A stretch of 64,000 nucleotides of DNA from an uncultured bacterium (GTDB lineage Bacteria > Verrucomicrobiota > Lentisphaeria > Victivallales > UBA1829). Below the pieces are notes generated by a model. That model saw nothing but the letters and a program-made list of their open reading frames with translations. It searched no databases and was not told where the DNA came from. Every line of letters begins with the position of its first letter. Within the stretch, counting starts at the first letter, position 1. The translations under genes and the position numbers were made by a program. Location: assembly GCA_902802585.1 (NCBI GenBank), contig CADCMR010000012.1, positions 229 to 64,228 on the forward strand, given 5' to 3'. Positions 30,201 to 39,200 of the stretch are shown piece after piece.

Positions 30201-33200
30201 TGTCGAACTGGAAAACGGCGCTTTCGTCATGGCGTACGACGGTTCGGTCGTCGACTTCGACCTTTCGCGGGCGAACGGCGAAACACCCCTTTTCAACAAC
30301 CTGGGGCTGATCCGGGGCAACCCCGGTTACACCCTGACCGTAACCGGTGACGCCGCACCCGGCAGATATCTGCTGGCAGACGGCGCGGACGGCTTCGGGC
30401 AGTCCATCACGGTCCGGAGCGACCTCATGCGGTACGGCGTCCTGACGGTCGGCACATCGCTTGACGTCGGCTGGAACACCTATTCCCTGAATCTGGAGGA
30501 CGGGATCCTGTCCCTGTCCGTGACATGGAATGCCGAAGAGGTCTCCACTGGCGAAATCATCGTCAGGAAGACCGTCTACGACGCGGTCATCCACACCAGC
30601 GAAACATTCAACATCGCGAGCGGATTCACCTACTGCGAGACGACAGTCGAGAGCAGAGGGTATCTGATTGCGGCGAACAGCACCACGGCCAGCGAAACCC
30701 GCATCTCCGGCGGCGGACGGATGGCGGTCCTGAGCGGAGCTTCGGTCGGGCACACCTATATCGGCTCGAACGGATTGATGGAGGTGCTGAGCGGCGCCGA
30801 AGTCCATTCCGTCATGCTGGAAAGAGGCGGCACGATGAGCATTGCCAATGCTTCCGCGTCCGATGTTTCCGGTCTTTCCAACCTTTCCCTCGGTTCCGAC
30901 GGATACCTTTCCGCCACGGACAACGCCGTCGTGACAAACGCACGGAATGTCTATGCCGTGCTGACGTCCGGAGCGCGCATCGTGTCCGGATCCCTCAACG
31001 GCGCGGTCGTGTCCTCCGGGTGCGCCCTGGAATCCGTTACCCTGACCGGAAACGTTTCAATCCTCGGAAACGCAACCATCGTGGACAATGTGATGACGGG
31101 GGCCTGGTATGCCACGCATGTAAATGTGTACGGCGACGGGTTCGCCCTGAGGACGACGGTGAAAGACGGAACGATGCTCCTGTTCGGCGGCATGGCCGGG
31201 GACACGGTGATTGAAAACGGCATACTGTTCGTTTCGAGCGGCGGAACGGCAAGCGGAACGGAAATGCGGTCCGCCGCCGGAACCATGGCCGTTTGCGAAG
31301 CCGGATACGCATCCGGCACCACGATCCTCGGCGGAACGCAGTTTGTCTCAAGCGGAGGCGTCGCGGAGAGGACCTCCATTTCATCCCATGGCAGCCAGTC
31401 CGTGGTCCAGGGCGGTCTCGCGTCGGATACGACCTTGGACCGCGGCGGCCGGATCGTCGTTTCCCATGGCGGCCGCGCCGAAAACGTGCATGCGGCAGGG
31501 AACGGCGCGGTAGTGGTGTCCCGCCAGGGGCTGGTGAAGGACGCCGTGGTCGACGCATTTAACATGATGGTCGTTTCGAGAGGCGGTCGCGCGTCGGACG
31601 TGACTGTCCGCGCCGGCGGCGAACTGTACCTTTACAAGGAATCTGTCCTGGGCGGGCATCTTAGCTTCGAAGACGGCGCGGTCGTTTCCGCCTATGAGGA
31701 ATCGGTCATCAATTTCGAACTCGCGTTGGCAAACGCCTCGACCCCGCTTGTGAACAATCTGGGCATGATAATGGGGGTCCCGTCTTTTACGGTCACGGCC
31801 GACGCGGATACGGCGGACGGCGTGTATCTGCTCGCCGGCGGAGCGGAGGATTTCGACGGCGTGATTACGGTGTATTGCGAAACCACCCAGTGCGGAGTTC
31901 TTTCCGTGGGCAATTCACTTGCCTGTGGATGGAAGACCTACGCGCTGTCGAGGACCGACGGATCGCTGGTCCTCTCCGTCACCTCGAACGACATCTGGCA
32001 AGAACCCGTCGAAGAGGAGCCGGAACCGGAGGAAGTGGAAACCATCGTGAGCTCCGGCTCCCAGGTCTCCTCCGCGGAGACGCTTGTCTGGGAAAAGACC
32101 GGGGAGGTCCTGCGCGTGGCGGGCGGCGCCATCCTGAAAGACACGGAGATTCCGTGGGGCGGCACGCTGATCCTGGAGAAGGACGCCAAACTGCAGGGGA
32201 CGATCAGGCTCGGAACGGATGTCCGGGTGGAAGGCATCGTGGATGCGGAAAAGGCGAAAATCGAGCTTGACATCTCGAAACGCAAAGAGGAATACGGTAT
32301 CCAGATCGACAATATCGTCTACCTGGAGGCGCTCTCCTATTCCGTCCTTGTGAGCCCAGACCAGAACAAAGGCGAATACATCCTCGCGGGGAACGCCGAG
32401 AGTTTTGAACAGGAAATCACGGTCAGGAATACCGCCGGGACTGTCTGCGGGACATTGAAGATGTCACAGGGGTTCGGGTATCTGGACTACGACATCACAC
32501 GCTATACGCTGTGCATGGACGAGAACAACAACATGGTTTTCATCGTCGGCTCGACCATCACGAACGAGGCGGAGTATGTCCTGCTGTACAGGAACAACCG
32601 TCTGGTCCTTGCCAAGGAGTCCGGATACAATCTGCTGATTTCGACGAAAAGAAGCAAATATGACCAGATGATCCTGCTCGACAAGGGGTATGCCGACCAG
32701 ATCCGGGTCGAAAACAACGGTCTCGTCATCATCGAAAAAGGCGCCACCCTGATCGTTTCGAACCTTGACAAGACCGGCAGGCTCCGTTTCGATTACGCCG
32801 AGGGCGACAATACCGTCATCAAAGGGCTGAACGCCTACGGTTCCTTCTTCGCTTGCGACAATGTCCTGGAAAATGTCCAGGGAGAATACGTGACTGTGAC
32901 GGGACATGTCTTCATGCGGGACTACCATGGACTGGGGCAGTTGACGACCCGCGACGGCGTGGAACTGACCGGCATGGCCGAAAACGGATACTACAGTTTC
33001 TCCGGGACGTGGATCCACGATTTCACGATGTGGAATTTCCTGACCTGTACTTTCGAAAGCGGTACCGTTGTCCAGAATACGGAATGGATTCAGCACAACC
33101 CGCGGACTTATGTGTTCATCAAAGATGAAAGCGTTTTTGAAAATACCGTCTTCAATTGCCCGAAGACGGACTTCATGATCTATGGGGGGACGTTCTCCGA

Positions 33201-36200
33201 AGTGACGTTCAATGTCCTCGTCGGGGTTGTTGGTTATGTTCGTGCAACCGGCGACCTGCATTTCCTGGTCGGAGTCGGAGGGAGCGGCATCATCGACATG
33301 TTCGGGCACACGGCGACGATGAATTATACGACGCGCGATGAAGACTGCGACCCCATGATTAATCTGGAGCTGTTCTCCGAGGATTCGGTCTTCCAGATTG
33401 ACATGACACGGAACCAGCCGATCGGGACCTACGCTCTCTCGAAGGGGTTCCGCGGACCGTACAATATTTGCGTCGACGGGGAAATCATCGGAACCATCGA
33501 CGACGACAGACTGTCGTTCGTGCACGACCTCTACTCCTATGTCGCTGACAAGTCCGGCCGCGTGACCATCGACATCGCCGACGATTCGGACGGAACCTAC
33601 ACCTACGTGTGGTACGATACGCAGAATGAAATCTACCATGCGGCGTCCGCTTCCGATTTCACGATCGGACAGGATCTCTATCCGGAGATGATCGTCAGAA
33701 AAGAAGGGGATTATCTGAAACGGATGGTCCTCGACTGGGAAGGCATGCTGAAAGTCCGTACAGGCGGCCAGGTGATCGAACTGGACCAGCGCAAGAACGG
33801 CAGGATCCGTTTCAATTACACGGAGAACGACAGCACGTACATCACCGGCATCAACCCGTACGGCAGTTTCTTCGTGAAGGACAATGTGCTGGAGAACGTA
33901 TACGGAGAGAATGTCACGGTTTCCGGCAATATATCCATACGGGACTACCACGGCTATTACAATTTGGACAGCGAACGTGTTGTTAAGTGCGGCACACTCA
34001 GGACGGAGAATGGCGTCTCCATCACAGGTACGTTCGGCGGGGGCTCATACTCCATCAACGGTTCGTTCCTGAAGGATTTCGTCCTGGAAGAACCCGATAC
34101 CATAGGAATCGAATTCAGACAAAGCTGGCTCGAGCGCGGCGAGCTGGACGGCGGATCTTTCAACTTCCTTTCCGGTGCGACGGCAACGAATACCATCTTC
34201 AACACAGACGGTGCGTTCAATGGCGGTTCGACCGTTTCGGATTCCGTTTTCAATTCTGGCGTGCTGTTTAGCGGGGGTACAATCTCCGTGGCGAACATCG
34301 TGATCAACACAGGATACACACTGGGGGCGTTCCGCACCGACCATGTCCTCGTGGACATGAAGGGAGATATTACCCTGAACTGTGCCGGCAGCTTCCAGTG
34401 GGATACCTGCATCAACGTGAACGGCCATACGGTCACTGTGAACTACAAGGACCGCACCGTCACGGACAGAGGCATGTTCTCCGTGAGCAACTTCTCGGAA
34501 GACGTGAATTTCCGCCTCCTCTTCCAGAAAGACCAGAAGATCGGCACATACACGCTTGCATACAACGCCGGCAGTTTCGTCGACTATTTCCTGATAAACA
34601 TCGGCGGCGTGGACACGGAGGAACTGTCGTTCGAAAACACGGAAATGGACTACGGCAACTACCATTATGTGATTTCGCATGACGTGGAGACGCAGCTCAT
34701 CAAGCTGACGATCGACGTCTCGGAGAAAGCCGACGAAACGTTCAACGTCTATTACTGGGATTCCACCGAGGAGGAATTCTACCACAGCGCATCCGTCGAG
34801 GGGCTGGTGTTCGCACAGGACGACTATCATTCCCTGATTGTCCGGAACCATGGGATCGTGCGCAGGTCCGAGCTGAACAAGGGCGGAATCATCACGGTCT
34901 ATGCCGGCGGTGAAGTCCTGGACCTGGAGCAGCGGACAGATGGCAAGCTCAGGTTCGACTACGCGCAGGGCGACGCCACCATCATCAACGGAATTCATTC
35001 CTACGGATCGTTCTTCGTCGAAAACGACAGGATGGAGAATGTCCTGGGCGATGTCGTTTCCGTCAACGGGATCCACGTGGATTCCTACCACAGCGTGAGC
35101 GGCGGTACGCTTACGACGTATGCGTCCGACGTCACCGGCGTCTTCACCGGGGATGGAACCTTTATCTTCAATGGAGGTTCCATCCATGACCTTGAAGCGT
35201 ACGATGGGGGTTGCATCATCCAGAACGGGACACTGGTTGACCAGTCAAAATTCTATGTCGACTATGTCGTCTCCTGCGCCGATTGCTATGTCGAAAACAC
35301 CACTTTCGCCTACGGGGTCAACCGCAGGGTCACGAATCCCCATGTCAGCCTGGGCGGCGGCACATATTCCGAAGTGGTGGTCACGGCCGATTGGATCGTG
35401 AGCGGATCCATCGATCTGGACGGCGATATCACTTTCAGGACAGGAGGATCCATCAATAACTCCCCGTGGAACAGCAGTGCAATCCAGGGAAACGGACACA
35501 CTGTCACCCTCGACATCTCGAACCGCGATCTGCTCGACAGGGCAATGACCAACATCGACCGCATCTACAATGCGGAACTGCGTATTGTCGTCGACCAGAA
35601 ACAGCCGGTCGGGACCTATATCATCGGATCCTATGCAGCCAACATCGGTCAGGGTGACGCGAAAGGCGCCTACAACTGGGATACGAACAAATGGGATTAC
35701 AAGGGGGACGTGATCGGCGACCTTGACGGCGTGATCTCCGTGTACGACGTCAACGGCATTGAGCTGGCGAACTGCACGGTCAACGGCGACACGGAATACT
35801 TCGGACGCAACAATTACACGGTGTTTGTGGACAGCGAGGGGTATCTCCGCCTGAAAATCGGCTGGAACAACCGCGAAAAGGTCAACTACAAAGCCGATGC
35901 GCTGGAAAGCAACGACACGCGGGAAACGGCAACGGAGATTACCGGAAGCGGTGCCGGTCAGCTGTCCGGGCTCACCATCGACTCCGAGTCCGACGTTGAC
36001 TGGTTCAAATTCGAGCTCGGATCGTTTGGGCGCAAGTCGAGCTTTATCGGAATCGACTTCAAGCAGTGGCCCGGCGACCTGGACATCAACCTGTACAATT
36101 CCGACGGTGAGCTCATCGACTATGCCCGGAGCGTCACGAACGACGAACGGCTGTCCCTGAGCGGCCGTACCGCAGGAACCTACTACCTGAAAGTTTACGG

Positions 36201-39200
36201 CTGCACCAGCAACACGAACACCTACAAACTGGTGTACGACCTGCCGGTCCCGATCGAACTCACGGACGACTACGAAACCGGAGACGACAAGGAGCATTCG
36301 TACTTCCTGAAACGCCTTGAGGAGCAGATCACGGTCAACGCCAACATCTCGCGCGGCGACGACCAGGACTATTACATGTTCATCCTGCCGGAAAAGGGAC
36401 TGGTCAGCGACGTCATCACGCTGAACTACGACGACGAATACGGCGACCTGGACCTGTATCTGTACGACCAGAACGGGAAAACGCTGCTGCTCTCTTCGAC
36501 GAACATTTCCGGCGGACAGGAACGCATCTCCCTGGCCGGCCTGAAGCACGGCGTCTACTATGCGGCGGTGAAGTCGAAGGACGGCAGCGTCGGCAGATAC
36601 GAGCTGGTGTTCGACGTGAACGACCGCGACGTGAATCCGGACAAGTACGAGAACAACAACTCGATGAAGAAAGCGACCAAGCTCTACACGCTCAACGGCG
36701 GAAAGACGCTTGACGGGCTGTCCATCCACAGCGAAACGGATGTCGACTACTACAGCTTCTCTATCATGGAAAAGGGGTCGTCGGACGACTTCATCACGCT
36801 GAGCAGCATCGCCTCGCTGGGTGACCTGGACATCGAAATCCTGAACGCGGACGGCGATGTGGTCGCCTACTCGCGGACTGCGGAAAACGAGGATACGGTC
36901 AGCCTGAAGGGACTCGACGCAGGAGAATACTTCATCCGCGTCTTCGGCTACAACAACGTGGAGAACAACTACTCGCTGAGCTGGCATGTGACCAACTCCT
37001 CGCTGATTCCGTCCGACGAATACGAAGGCTATGAACCGATCCTGATCAACGGAGACCAGACGATCTCCGGTCTCTCCATCGCGAAGGTGCGGGAAGAAGA
37101 CGAGACCCGCGAAGACACGTTCCGGATCGTACTGGCGCATGATGCCTGGAAGCGCAGCAAGATTATTCTGACGGACTACCGCAGCGACTGGGAGGACGGC
37201 ATATCCTATGTCATCAAGGATGCCGACGGCACGGTCCTGATGGAAGGCGTCGACTCCGAGATCAGTCTCTACGAACTGGAGCAGGGCGAGTATTACCTCA
37301 CACTGGATGCGCCGAACGAGGACGAATACAGTGAATACACCCTGATCGCGCAGAACATGCCGGATTCCGACATCGCGAAGGACAACACGTGGAGCATCTT
37401 CATTTACATGGCGGGCGACAACAACCTGGAAGGCGCCTTCCTGCAGGAACTTCTGTACATGCAGAAGGCGATCCTCCCCGAAAATGTGGAAGTCTATGTC
37501 CTGCTGGACCGTTCCCCCGAAAACGCCGTGGCGGAACGCAACTGGACCGACACCCGCGTGGGCAAGATCCGCCACAGCAACGGCGGCGCAGTGGCGGTGC
37601 AGTGGATGTATTTCTACGGCGTCGACACCGACACGTATATGAACACCCATAACCTGGAACTGAAGCAGGAATGGGACACCGGCGACGTCGCGACGCTGGA
37701 AGCATTCCTGGACTGGGGCATGAAGGTCGGTCGGGCAGACAACTATGCGCTGATCGTGAAGGACCACGGCACCAGCCTCGGCTACAACTGCACCGACGAG
37801 ACCAGCGGTTCCATCATGTCCATTGACCAAATCGCGGACTTGCTCAGGAAGGACAAGTACGACGACCTGTCCGTCGTGGCGTTCGACCAGTGCCTCATGG
37901 GCAGCGACGTCGTGATTACGACCATGGAGGGTACGGTCGACTACGTCGTGGCGTCGGAGGCGGTCGGCTACACGCCGAACTGGCTGGTCATGTACAAGGT
38001 CCTGCTGAACAGCTTCGAGACGGAAATGACGCCGCGGGAAGTCTCACAGAAGATCGTGGAAGCATGCAACTGCTCGGGGTTAAAGGATTTGACCATGGCA
38101 TCGTTCCAGTCCGAAAACCATACCCTGAGCGATGCCTTGAACCAGTTCGGCGAACTGGCCTCGGAATTCACGTTCGGCGACTGGGTGACGCTCTGCAAGT
38201 GCTACAGCAAGGTTTACAACTACGGCGATGAAATCTGCGCCTATTCCGACCTCGGCTCCATCCTGAAGATGGTGAAGGGCTACCATGAAACCATTTCCTC
38301 GACGCTGCTGGATGCCGTGAATACGCTGTACGATGTCGTTATGAACGACGTGATCGACAGCACCCTGATCACGCCCAGCGCATACGGCTCTGGTCTGGCC
38401 GTGTTCAATCCGGTCCTTTCCAATCCAATGATGGCGATGTACGGTTACGGCGCGGACAATACACTGGACTACTATGCCACAGAGATCGGACAAAGCGCAT
38501 GGGGCGACTATCAGTACAAGCTTTCCAAGCTCGCCGAAGAATGCACTTCCTACCTCTCGGAACAATCCGGCAGATTGTCTTTCACCGACTATACCTACAT
38601 CTACGACTTCGAAAACGACGAAATCGCCGTCTCGTACGACCTGGGCGCTTTCTCCGGTAATGGCGTGACTTACGAGGGCCTTTACATAGACAGGACCGCG
38701 TGTTTCGAGCTCTCGCTGATTCAGCCGGGCGAGGAAAACGACGCCATCGTCATTACGGCGGACAACCCGGATGCGGAGATCACGGCCTATCTGTGGCAGC
38801 AGTTCATCGGATCTCCGAACCCGACGATCCGCCGCATTTCCGTAAACGGCGTTCTCTCCCTCACCGGAATCGACCATCAGAGAGCCAGGTCTGGAGAATC
38901 CTATACACTCTACATCACCAGCACGGAAGAAACGACGTACACGATGAAATTCGTCGGCGACTGGACAAGCGGCGTGGACTACTTCGACTATTCGCGCACA
39001 GGGTCCATCTCGCCGCTGGCGGCGGGCAATAATTCCATCGACAAGGCCACATCTCTGGCAAGCGGCAATTACGGCGGCCTTGTGACCTGTGCCGGAGACA
39101 AGGACTACTACAGGATCCTGTCCGTCTATGCAAACGAAATCGACGTGACCGTGAAGGGGACGGACCTCGTGGTCCGGGAATTCAACGCTGAAGGCGAAAT

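Noticed and set aside
17074-35880. Periodic DNA repeats, considered as CRISPR-like or satellite arrays.
   Set aside because: All of the periodicity is in-frame, degenerate and protein-coding. No short identical direct repeats with unique spacers occur anywhere in the window.
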